A DNA stretch of 60,387 bases, the filler included, from Catajapyx aquilonaris (lineage: Eukaryota), in NCBI GenBank assembly GCA_000934665.2. It is 2 parts of 2 records of this genome, joined end to end, with 100 filler letters (N's around TTAATTAATTAA, not from the genome) between each part and the next. Parts side by side here need not be neighbours in the genome. Positions count along the whole stretch, not along the records: positions 1 to 30,184 come from KZ539195.1; positions 30,285 to 60,387 come from JYFJ02004685.1. One strand, given 5' to 3'. Numbering within the stretch: position 1 is the first letter of the stretch; every line of letters begins with the position of its first letter. Below are positions 24,637-35,515 of the stretch, piece by piece. Under the pieces are notes generated by a model. It made no database searches and was not told the DNA's origin. It saw nothing but the letters and a program-made list of their open reading frames with translations. The position numbers and the translations under genes are program-made.

Positions 24637-25547
24637 TTATCTTAAAAACGGATATTTTGTCGCCATATACATCCATTGTACAATACGTTCATGAATGAAG
24701 GCCACGAAAGCCAAGGATATTCCACAGCTAAGTACTATAAAGTGACCTTGCAACATCTTCAAGGTGAGGGTCATCTTGTAATTCCATGTTACTAATATAA
24801 ACAAGATGTGCTAAATTGGTCATTTTTAGTACAAATTTAGAATTTGCCAGTTCTTTGAAATTGTTCGGAACCTCCTCCAATGGAGGATAAATAAGGACTG
24901 TGTAGAGTTTGGCACAGTACACAGTTGTAATGATGATGGAGAAGTATAATATCCATCATCACAGAAGAAGCACACATAATGAACCAGTAAGGAACCATTA
25001 TGTTGAGCGTTTATAGACACTTTGTACTTCATTGTAGACAGTGGTTTATCAACGAGATAATTCCCGTCTGGATTGTCTCTAACCGAGAACACAAACCTGT
25101 CCCTTGTTTTTTTCACTACCAGTCCATTGACTTCTTCGTCTAATATTTGGTCTATGAAATCCTCAAAATTGGATAAGCAAACCACAACCAGATGTATGGC
25201 GCACTTGACCATCTTGTGCCTAGGGTCCAGTTCTAAACGTTGTGATGTGGCGTCATCTGAAGAATCGCAGTTCCAATTGCTGACAGAATCCGATTTGGAA
25301 ACTAGTAGAGGTGGTCCAAGAGACGACATGTTTCTCATGAAGTCCATCAGCTCTTCAGGAAAATGATGCCTCAAATCATGATGCACCAGCGCAGGACAAT
25401 CCACTTGCTCATCGACCTTCAGCAGGTTCCACATGAACTGGCTTTCCACATTGCCTCTAGTTGTCTTCCAGTGCATCAGTACATGGCCAGACACTATTGT
25501 TTCGTCATGAATCGAAATAATATGCACAGGTGTGGGAATCCAAACAT
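24637..25547 (-). pseudogene. More divergent IR paralogue (subfamily B) with two internal deletions
   Basis: The N-terminus QFMWNLLKVDEQVDCPALVHHD...VCFFCDDG is fused to M3 (YFSIIITTVYCAKLYTVLIYPP) and the S2 start, then to M4 (TLKMLQGHFIVLSCGISLAFVAFIHE..R*). Probable original ATG at 25547, with a 5-bp insertion in the signal peptide. Confidence 0.8.
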
Positions 25548-26620
25548 CTGACTCTGCTCGCATAATCAGTCCAAATGACTGGGATGATGACAGCCTATTA
25601 TTGCTTATACTACAGTACATATTGAGACAGCAAGACTGTAATTATTCGCACTTGCATTTCGCAAGTATCAGCACTTGCTTTGGCTTAGCCAAGTGCTCAG
25701 AAAATAACATGTATGGTCCGTGGCTTCACATAGGGGCCATGGCATCGTCACATACATGTACCTATCAATAAATGACCCCATGGCCACTACAACCATATAG
25801 CTGAAAATGGTGTATAGCAAAATGTCACACCTCGTGACCTTACGGCTATTATTTCACCACAGCATGGGTTTCGCAACCAGTTTTAAGAATCACGAAACCG
25901 GTTAAGTAATGACAAAATCTTTAAAACTGGGCTTGATTAGACCTTATAATCAGCAGATAATTAATTCCTGAATTATATCGACTGACAATTCATCATGAAA
26001 AATTATTGTAATGATTGATCAATTTAATACATGAAAAGTGCATTTCCATATGAGGCTACAAAATTACTTGTTACATGATGAAACTGCAATACTTCGGAAT
26101 AAATCCCATTAGAATTTTTATACACAAAATAAATCTGTGTGGTACAGCCTAGCATTTATCCCACAATGCTATTAAAGTATGAAATGACACATTTATCCCC
26201 AAATTATCATAATGCTCTCGAAGACTGTAGTTTCCCAATTATTTATTTATCATAAAGTATTATGTTGAACTTGGTGACGCCTGACGGACGCAAAAATGAT
26301 TAAAAGTGGAGGAATAGCGATAAATTTTTTGTCCCATCTCTTCACAGTGGTTAAATTTCGATCATTTCTTCTCATTTAATTTTTCACTCCTGGATGACAC
26401 ACATATTCATTTCTTAATTAACATGTCAGAATTTTTTATATCAATTAAAAATAATTTTGTACACTTTCATAAACTGTACAGTGTACATAGTCTTTTATAT
26501 TGACTTTATTTGGTCGGGATGTTTATTTTGGCATACAAATATGGATTGTCAACTGACAACGTGTGCGGGTCAACTGAGTATACATGTCAGAATATGTCAC
26601 CGCCAATATGCAGATTGTCA

Positions 26621-26690
26621 GATACAGTGGAGCATCGATTATCCGAACACCGATCAACCGAACCATCGCATCGGTTAACTGAACATTATC
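26621..26690 (+). mobile_element. pogo/Tigger-like MITE end fragment
   Basis: TACAGTGGAGCATCGATTATCCGAAC followed by repeated CGATxAxCCGAAC subterminal motifs. The partner end was not identified. Confidence 0.4.
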
Positions 26691-27563
26691 GGGTCGGCAA
26701 AAATCGGCCTTCCCCACATAGGAGGCACGAGATTCTAAATAAAACAAAGTTAATCTGCAATTTTTACTTAATCTGAATGCTGCCCAATCATGGTATGATA
26801 ATTTGGGGATAAATGTTTCCTGTCATACTTGAACGGCATTAAATCCCCATCTTTCCCACACATAATTATTTGTGTACACGTTCTTATTGACATTTATTCC
26901 GATTTATTTAGAACCTAAAGCCTAAAGAATGATCTGATTGATAAGTCAAGGACTACTACTGCCATTTGACTTTTATGTATTATTTATGAGACATAGGTGC
27001 GATCGAAGGAAGGTCACGAATTGATAACATACAAAAAAATGACATACACTCATACAGCAATAGATACAGATGGTCTTGGATTAAAATCAGATGCAGCGAA
27101 ATGTACCAGCATGATTGTGTTTTTTTTTTTACTTTTATTGACTGGTTTATTTTTATGAAGATTTTCATATTTTCATGTTAGTCCATACGTTCAGCGTATA
27201 TCGTAAAATGTGTTATGAGAATTCAGCATGAAGAATAAATGTGCCCTGTTCAACTGAGTGCATGTCAGCACATGTCTTCGCCAATAAGCAGATTGTCAGG
27301 TTCAATGTGTTGACATCATATTTGCTAGCATGCATAAATAACAAAATTGTTACAACAACAAGGCCAGAGTAGATATTGAGCGTTAAGGGAAGCGTAGTGT
27401 CCCATACAATTAAGTAATATTGGACAGTATTCGAATGAAGGTGACATAGCGGAGAAGGTTTGTTCACAGGGTACACCGTCATATCTGACAGTCAGACTAG
27501 ACAAAGTGCCTCAAGTGAAAGCAGCGTTACCATATGTATCAGTAATTAAGTGCCTATATAAAA

Positions 27564-29447
27564 ATGCAGCTTACTCTCAACTGCTGCATATCTGCATTGT
27601 TACTGGCATTGGTGTCAGGTCGCATACCGATTCATTCGAAGGAAGGGGACAATTATTGTGAACAGACCCAGTTCATGTGGAACCTTCTGAAGGAGGATGA
27701 ACTAGTGGAGTGTCCCCTGGTTGTGCATCATGATGTTGCAGGGTCGATGCCAGGACATGTCACGACTCTGTTGACAAACATGTCTCTTCTTGGACGACCT
27801 GTGCTTGTCTCCAAGTCGAGATCGGCCAGCAGCACTTGGACCTGCGATACTGTGGAGTCAACTTCACAATCAGGTTTAGAACTGGACCCAAAGGAGAAGA
27901 TGGCCAAGTGTGCAGTGCATCTGGTCGTGGCATGTTCGTCCAATTATGAAGATTTTGTGGAGGACATCATGGACGAACAAGAGGCCATCATGGTGGTTAA
28001 AAGTACGACGGACAAATTTGTGTTGTGGATGAGGGAGGACACGGACATCAACGTTCTTCTGGAGAAGCCACTGTCGAAAATCAAATACAAGGTGATGATC
28101 AATTCGGCTCAAAACAAATCATTGCTGGCCCATTCCGTGTGCTACTTCTGCAACGAAGGGAACCCAACTGTCGAGTCCATAATGGTACCGTACGATGAAC
28201 ATGTCGAAGGACAAATATTTAAGGACACAACCAACAACTTAAACGGGAAATCTCTGAAATCCATGACCTATGTAGAGGAAAGTCATTTGGAGTGCAATGC
28301 AACATCCCCATCCGTTCAGTTGTGTTTCTTGGGCACTGCACTAAACTTCACTTGGAACATCTCTAGGGTCAATTTATCTTCATTGTTAAGCAACTTTTCT
28401 GCAATAGGTGAACTTGTTGATGATATTATACAAGAGAGATTAAATTTCTTTTTAGACTTTCCAGTAGTTGATTTCATATATGCAATGGGTGACGTAATAG
28501 CCCCATATTCGAGTACCAAACTGACATTCCTTGCTCGAACTCCACTCGAGAAGAGGACTGTATTTATAGTGCTTTTGCCCTTCTCACTCGGCACGTGGTG
28601 TTTTGTTGCTTCTTCATTGTTCGTTTCATGTGTCACTTTAGTCTTGCTTTCTTATTCACATTGTCAAGAGCTATTCCAGAATAAGGCCAGTTACATTGCA
28701 TCATTTATTTCGTACATGCAGTACCTCGTGAAAGTAACTTTACAACAGGGCGCCCCATTTCCAGAACGAGACGCATTGAAGGCTTTTGCAATATTCTGGG
28801 TTTATTTTTCCATCGTCATTACCACTGCCTACCTTTCCAAACTGTATGATCTTCTGACTTTCCCCCCGAGAGAGGATGTCCCTGACACTTTCGAGAAATT
28901 GCTACTTTCTCATTTCCACATAAAAATGTCAAAGTACTCTTACGACTTATTACAGGGTAGTATTGATCTGGACGAGAATGACCCTTTCAAACTTATATTT
29001 AACAGAATAGAAACTGTAACAAATTGGGATGAGTGTTACCATAATGTAGTCACTGAAGACAGGGTCTGTTTTCAGGATAGCAAGTGGTTGAAGTTTTCAA
29101 TGAATCGCTATGATGTGTATGGCCAGGACATCGCTTTCCTTTCCCACGACTACGCAGCCATTGTGTATGACGCATATATCCTTCCAAAGAGAATGGTTTA
29201 TTCGGAGAACTGGAACTACTGGTCGCACATCTTCTACAGCATCGGACTGATTGAGAAAAGAGACAGGTTGCTGGAGCACAGAAGATTGCTGGATGCTGCT
29301 GAAGCCAGAAGGAGTGACCACATATCTGATATTGACGAAGGAAGAGGGGTTTTTTCACTGAAAAGGCTGCAGGGTCATTTTCTTGTCTGGTCCATTGGGT
29401 TGTGCCTTGCTATTACAGTGTTTATGAAAGAAATCATTTTTCACTAG
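27564..29447 (+). CDS. Intronless divergent ionotropic receptor (variant iGluR family chemoreceptor), 627 aa
   Basis: Single long ORF with N-terminal signal peptide, M1 preceded by LLPFSLGTW, re-entrant TLQQG, M3 FSIVITTAYLSKLYDLLTFP (SYTANL-equivalent), PDTFEKL, S2, and M4 FSLKRLQGHFLVWSIGLCLAITVFMKE. This is the canonical IR topology. Confidence 0.88.
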   Translation: MQLTLNCCISALLLALVSGRIPIHSKEGDNYCEQTQFMWNLLKEDELVECPLVVHHDVAGSMPGHVTTLLTNMSLLGRPVLVSKSRSASSTWTCDTVESTSQSGLELDPKEKMAKCAVHLVVACSSNYEDFVEDIMDEQEAIMVVKSTTDKFVLWMREDTDINVLLEKPLSKIKYKVMINSAQNKSLLAHSVCYFCNEGNPTVESIMVPYDEHVEGQIFKDTTNNLNGKSLKSMTYVEESHLECNATSPSVQLCFLGTALNFTWNISRVNLSSLLSNFSAIGELVDDIIQERLNFFLDFPVVDFIYAMGDVIAPYSSTKLTFLARTPLEKRTVFIVLLPFSLGTWCFVASSLFVSCVTLVLLSYSHCQELFQNKASYIASFISYMQYLVKVTLQQGAPFPERDALKAFAIFWVYFSIVITTAYLSKLYDLLTFPPREDVPDTFEKLLLSHFHIKMSKYSYDLLQGSIDLDENDPFKLIFNRIETVTNWDECYHNVVTEDRVCFQDSKWLKFSMNRYDVYGQDIAFLSHDYAAIVYDAYILPKRMVYSENWNYWSHIFYSIGLIEKRDRLLEHRRLLDAAEARRSDHISDIDEGRGVFSLKRLQGHFLVWSIGLCLAITVFMKEIIFH

Positions 29448-30184
29448 CTGTATCACCTGTTTTTTTCTACTCCAATCGCGATATGAATTTATTATGGCTC
29501 AAAAACCATATTTTAGTGTGTATGCTACTTAGATGAAAGTGGTCACATTTTTTAAACCCCATATCCATATGATTTTAGAACTTTTCTAGAAAGTTCCATC
29601 ACCTTGTGTTATAATGAATATTTCCAGTTGTACTTGCTTTATATAGACACACTATTTTGTGATGATTTTTCAACGACCATTTAAACGCCTCCTTAATTGG
29701 AATTATTCAAATGATCTCTTGGTAGGTCTAAAGCTATAAATGTAGTGCAGTTTTAATTATTTTGGAAATTAATATACAATGATCAATTAATTATGGTTGT
29801 ACTGTACATGTATTGCAACAAAGTTGTATAATAATAGTTTACTTGTCTATTGGAATTTATTGTAGTGATATGGTTAGAAGACAATAAAATTATAATCAGT
29901 GTCTAAAGCACGGTTTCCCTCATTTCATAAATGCCGAGTTAGAAAAAAAAATTTAATCCCTATATATATAAAGCTCAATATTTGTACGTATATTTATTTA
30001 TTTATCACGCCTAATTAAGCCACTTCCCGGGCACGGAGAGCGCTCAAATTTCCCAGAGCCATGTCTTACATATCACTGACCCCTAGAAAAGTCCCAAACC
30101 CCAACTTTTTTGAGTCTAAGGGGGGTTTTCAGCAGATTAAGCAATTGCCTAGCAACCCTGGCTGTCAACAAGCCCAAATGATGG

Positions 30185-30284
30185 NNNNNNNNNNNNNNNN
30201 NNNNNNNNNNNNNNNNNNNNNNNNNNNNTTAATTAATTAANNNNNNNNNNNNNNNNNNNNNNNNNNNNNNNNNNNNNNNNNNNN
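30185..30284. other. Assembly gap with artificial linker (44 N + TTAATTAATTAA + 44 N)
   Basis: Exactly 100 bp with a symmetric all-frame-stop linker at 30229-30240. Confidence 0.92.
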
Positions 30285-33200
30285 GTTTTTAAAAGCGCGC
30301 CAGACGCAGGACCAATCGGGGCGAGGGAGGGCGGGGCTCAGGCCGCCTGTCTCTCTAGCCATGTACAGTTTGTTAATATGCGCCCCGGAGCGACCCTGGC
30401 ACGAGCCGGACTAGCTGTATATTCAAGTCGATGAGAGGCATAATAGATGAGGGTTTTCTACTTCGACTCCCTCTTGCTTGACAGCCTTTTGGTGGAGAAA
30501 GTCCCTCAAAAACTTCCGCCTCTGTTTACAAATCAGGTTTTGGACCGATGGTCGGTCGGTTCGGTGGCATGTGTCACCACACTGTGTAACTGAACCACGA
30601 TTCTTTTGCATTTCTCAAAGATCAGTGACCGAGCACAAATGAGTTATGCATTTTCTTCCCGCCCTATTCACGACGGTGCTTCCGTTGTATCTTGGCGGTC
30701 ATCGTTACTAGTTGGTCACGTCCTCCACTTCCATCATCCATGTGTGGGGGGTACAAAAAATAAAAGAAAAAAAAGGAGACGTGTGGGTGGGGTATAGGAA
30801 CCAACAGGTTTGGTGGGGTCATGTGCATAGAAGGGACCTTCCCCAAGGACGGTTCTTCGCCCAGAGGTTGTTGGCAGCCGAAACCATTTTCACGATGTTG
30901 GCCAAACTGGCTCTCCTGCGATGGCAAGAGGTTCGTTTGCCCGTGGCACGTGGCTGGGAATGGGCCGGACATACATTCCTCGAATAACGCGACGTGACTT
31001 TTTGAAATGCGAGTCTTTACATGGCCAGTGTATAGGTGCAGCATTTTCAAGGAAGAAGGAATTTGGCCTGGAGGACAATTGGCGTGCCCATGGAACTCGC
31101 GGATATGACACGTGGGTGATAGGTAAATAGCATTGGGCCAAAAAAGGAAAAGAAATGATGGAAGATCGCAATTGTTGCGACTTCATTTAGCACTTGGTCA
31201 TATAACAGTCGTAATTGGCCTCCCGAGAAAATCCTCACGAACCGGGATCGAACTGGGGACCTCACATAAAAAAGACTAGACAAGGCACATATTGTGAATA
31301 TACATTTCGGAACAAGCATAGGCTATGTTTCTTATCTGCACATATCACGCCACGTATATTTTTTTAAATATATAAATATTATGGCACGACTTGGCCTGCA
31401 GCCTATCAATCCGAGAGTGCGTACTACAAGATAAGGTCTGGTTTACTCCATTCTTAAAACCCTTTTGATTTGTACACAATAATGCAATGTCGTGCTTATC
31501 TGGAATGTACAGGTGTCCAGATTATTCAATCTAATTGTTATCAGCCTCCATAAATTTTTCGAGCTATATTCCCTTCTCAACCCATTATTTAGCGAAAGGG
31601 CCCTACAGGGCCATAAGTTACGAAAATATGTACTTGACATTTTTTTTTGGTCTTTTTGGTCAGGCCAACCTATCTCTCTGTGTGTCCTATCTAATCGCAT
31701 GTTATACAATAGACAAGAGGGGTCCCTGTGGATGAATCGGGAGTGATGTTCCGGCCTTTTCCACCCCGTATGTGAACTGTGCCACGACCTTGGCCTTGGC
31801 CTTGTGCCTCTACTTTGTTTGTTTGTTAGTCCTACGTGGACATGACGATAATCCCTCCCCGGATCAAAACATGAGTTTTGCTGATTGACCCTAATAAGGT
31901 TCCTCTGCAACACCCGAGGAGAGTGATGACCATTGTGCTTATATTGTGTGGAGTTTAGGGATGAAGAGAGGAAGCGAGTAATGGCCTGTGAAGGTCAGGG
32001 CAGGCCTTGGACTTTGTCCTCCCCAGTGCTTGCCACCCAAAGGCCCCCCAAGCAGGAAGTATGTTACTAAAAAGTTCTTTTTTATAAATATTGTGAGCCG
32101 TACTTTAGCCAGCCATTTTGGTAAATGGACACTTGACCAACTTTTGTCGCGCTGTATACTGCTGCTAGAACAGATCCTTGAAAATTTTTGCAATCTTTGT
32201 GACTGGCGACACAAGAGACAAAAAATAAGTGGCAATTCCACTACTGAAAACGGTACCGAAAATTTATGCCCTAAAAATACTGGGTGCGACACACACGCGA
32301 AGAAACTGGAAAAACCGACCCTGAGGCCATGCACCGTATACGCGGTTAATCCAAAACGAGCCTTGAACACCACATAACCGACAAGAAAACAGCGCAGTAC
32401 TAGAAAGTAACTACTCCACATGCTTTACAGCCAGGAAATTAAACGTCGCCCACAAAACCACGTAATAAAAACGTGTTTAGCAAAAATTCCCTTATATGAA
32501 GGCAGCGCACAGGTAGCGTATTTTGCTGACCCTCGTCCAGATAGAAGGTTGTATAAGGCCAGGCTATCACCCGCGATTGAAAATGTGATGAGCTCAAATC
32601 ATCCTGTCAAAGAAAACGATACCCTCTATATACTTCCTTGCTGCTGCGTGAGAGGTCAAAGTGCACTGCATGCGGTGTAAGAGAAAGGGGGATATGTAAC
32701 TATCATGTATACCTGATTCAACCTTACAACCCACCACCGTGCTAGCCTACCCTTGTGTATTAAAATAAATAAATATTAAAATAATATATATTAAATTAAA
32801 TGAATAAAAATTAAAATTAAAAATTAAACGTAAATATTTTAAATTGAACTTAAATTGCACACAGCATGGGTTTCCGTAGTGGGTTGTATTGAGCTAAACC
32901 GGCAGAGCCCTCACCTTTTTGTCCGGTGAGCAGCTGTCAATCTGGATCCCGGAGTGTGAGTATATATCCGGAGAGTTCCCCAGCAACAGGTGGCGGTTCT
33001 GAGGCGCCAGGGAATAGGGAAAATAGAGGGCCCTGAGAGCAATCTCTCGCTCACTCTCTGCTTGTCATGCATCCGATAGCCTGGACCCGCCAACCAACCC
33101 AAAAAACCCCAGCCCGGCAGTAAAGTGCACTGGGGAGCTTCTGTTTTCATAACGGATTTTTATTGGCCCCCATAGTGCCGGAATTTTTACCATAAGTGGA

Positions 33201-35202
33201 AGATATCCGGGGGAAATGTCCGGAAATAATTTGGGTTGACAGGTATCACGTGTCATTTGTTTACACGTCTGACGGGGGTTACCTCCCTCCCGAAGCGGAT
33301 CCTATTGGGACGTCCCCAAAGGACCGGTTTTTCTGGTCGTTCCCACGTAATTGCAAGTGATCTTACACCGGGCCGTGCAGTTGCCCACCGTACCTGCTGC
33401 CGTCGACTTGTTTCTTCCCCTCCGTCAAGTGCCATACCCTCGAATGACAGTATGTAGGTTGTAGGCCGGATGTCATAACCTGTATGCGATTTTAATATGT
33501 GTGTGTGAAGTGTCGAGTGTTGTGGAAGTGTCCAATTTGTGGTTCCTTGTGTTTCGGCAGAGGGCGATGGTGCTGAGGGCGTGACGAGCGGCGTGGTCAG
33601 CTCACAGGCTGAAGACAGTCGGCAGCCGGAGAAAACCTCCTGCTGGCCCATACTCCAGAACGCCAATGGGGCTGGTGAGTACCGTACCTGCATTAAAAAT
33701 TTGTTCCAACATGTAACAACAAATGCCCGCGCACGTGTCTTGGCTGAGTACCCTCCATTACCAGAGCCATCTCCAGGAACAGCAACAAACATTGTCCATC
33801 ACCAATTGGACGCCGTCCAGACCAGACGCGGAAGAAACACGGCCTGTTGCCCAATTCCTCCGATTTCACGCCTATGTGTGTCACCACCCTCCGGGTACGA
33901 CTACTGGTCTTATGCGTAATTTTTTTTTTTTAAGGGTGCGTTTGGGTTAAGAGGTCAGCGGCCGACTAGGTGGTGGAACATACCCCACCTAGCATATCCA
34001 GCACATCCCCGTGGCTCTTGGTAATGGCATTGCAGGCGCACGGGCCTCCGGAGAGCTCAGCTCTTTCCCCCTGCTATGAATATGAATCGCCTGGTTCGCA
34101 TGGTGACTTGTAGCCGTCAGAATATTCATGTTCATTAGGGCTGCCTTTGTCTCTGGGATTTTGCAAGGGAGGATCATGTTTGTGCAGTGGGGAGAGGAAC
34201 CATGGGAAATGTACAATCTTGGGAGCGACGGTCGCTCATGCCCAGCGATTTCATATGGAACGAATAGATAAAAATTAAATCGGGTGTTGACTGGGAGCGA
34301 CGTCGCTCATACCCAGCGACTGTCGACTGAACAGAAATGTTTCATTCCAAATTTTTTTCGTGGACAACAATGTCTAATATGAGAGGGTCGACCTCGAGCA
34401 TGGTTGGGGATGCAAATGCGGTAAGACGAGGCCATTCCAACTGTGACTGAAGGACAACCCTCTCTCTTGGTTCGACTGGAAAGATGTCCAGTTTTGCAGC
34501 GGCAACTTCTGGGGTGGACTTTACGACCGTGGTAACGATAGAAATTGCACCACAGTCCGATATGGAGCGAGGGTGTCTGGTCTGCTCTAGAAAGCTCTGG
34601 AAGAGCCAGGTAGTTGACAGAATGCGACAGCTGATTGCTTTGGGGACAAGCAAATAGGAGTGAGTTATGTGGTTCGTGGGAAAGTGGAGCAGTCCAGACA
34701 CATTATTTTTGCGCAATGGGTGGGTTGGGAGAGACTGGAATGTCCTGCTGTACTGGGTGAAATACTTGCACTAATGCAGTTTGCATATTTGGAAATAATT
34801 TGGGGTTGACCAGTTTGGGTGACAGTGCAAGTGAAGAGTAATAGTACAGCTCAGCTGTAAAGTGTAGCTGTAAATAGTGCAAGATATGAGACGAATTCTG
34901 CTTTAGCGCTGATAAGAGAAGCAAGTAACAGTGCTATCTATACCTATATACTTGAAGTAAAGTCCCATAAAATAAAGTGTCGCTGTAACTCATTCGCCGA
35001 CTAAGTGTACACATGCTTACGGGCAGATATTACATTTTTTTTATAGTTTAAGGACGTCACCTTTGCGTATACTGAGGACACTATTGGTGGTCGGTCAATG
35101 GTTGGATAATTTTTAGAGTGCTATAAAATTCAACAATGCTCTTTAAAAGGTGCCTCCATGTCAGCCATCGAAACTGTTCGAACTCATAAAAACTTGGTTA
35201 CA

Positions 35203-35515
35203 TATGGTGCTGGCAAAGGTGCGCACTTACACTAGGATTAAGACTTTTTACGGATTTCTAAAAGGAAATTACTTCATTTTAGCGAATTTGTCTTTATTTA
35301 CAGGGTTTTAAGTTTTGAATCACCTTAACCATGATAGAGCTCATCCTGCAGGCTAGACTACCTGATAAACATCCCTGATACACTGGTCGCCTGCCGCGCA
35401 GGATGAGCCTTACCGCCAGCATAGGATAACAAAATCGGCCAAAATCAACTATAGAAAATTTGTCTAGAAATGCGCAAATCCTAGTGTAAGTGCCGCAATT
35501 TTGCCAGCACCCTGC
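35203..35515. mobile_element. Degenerate Tc1/mariner-type MITE
   Basis: ggtgctggcaaa.gtgcgcacttacactaggatt at the left end is the inverse of aatcctagtgtaagtgccgcaattttgccagcaccctg at the right end. Confidence 0.65.

Noticed and set aside
24826..25620. 264-aa ORF as an intact secreted protein
   Set aside because: It is the N-terminal part of a deleted IR pseudogene. The signal peptide is frameshifted and the tail is out-of-frame M3 sequence.
27553..27563. TATATAAAA as the TATA box of the intact IR
   Set aside because: It abuts the ATG directly, too close for a start site 25-30 nt downstream that still includes this codon.
30229..30240. TTAATTAATTAA palindrome as a biological site
   Set aside because: Centred in Ns and is an assembly linker.
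33253..34924. ORFs of 120-180 aa as genes or transposase remnants
   Set aside because: No domain I can recognise. Possibly decayed TE, but unsupported without a homology search.
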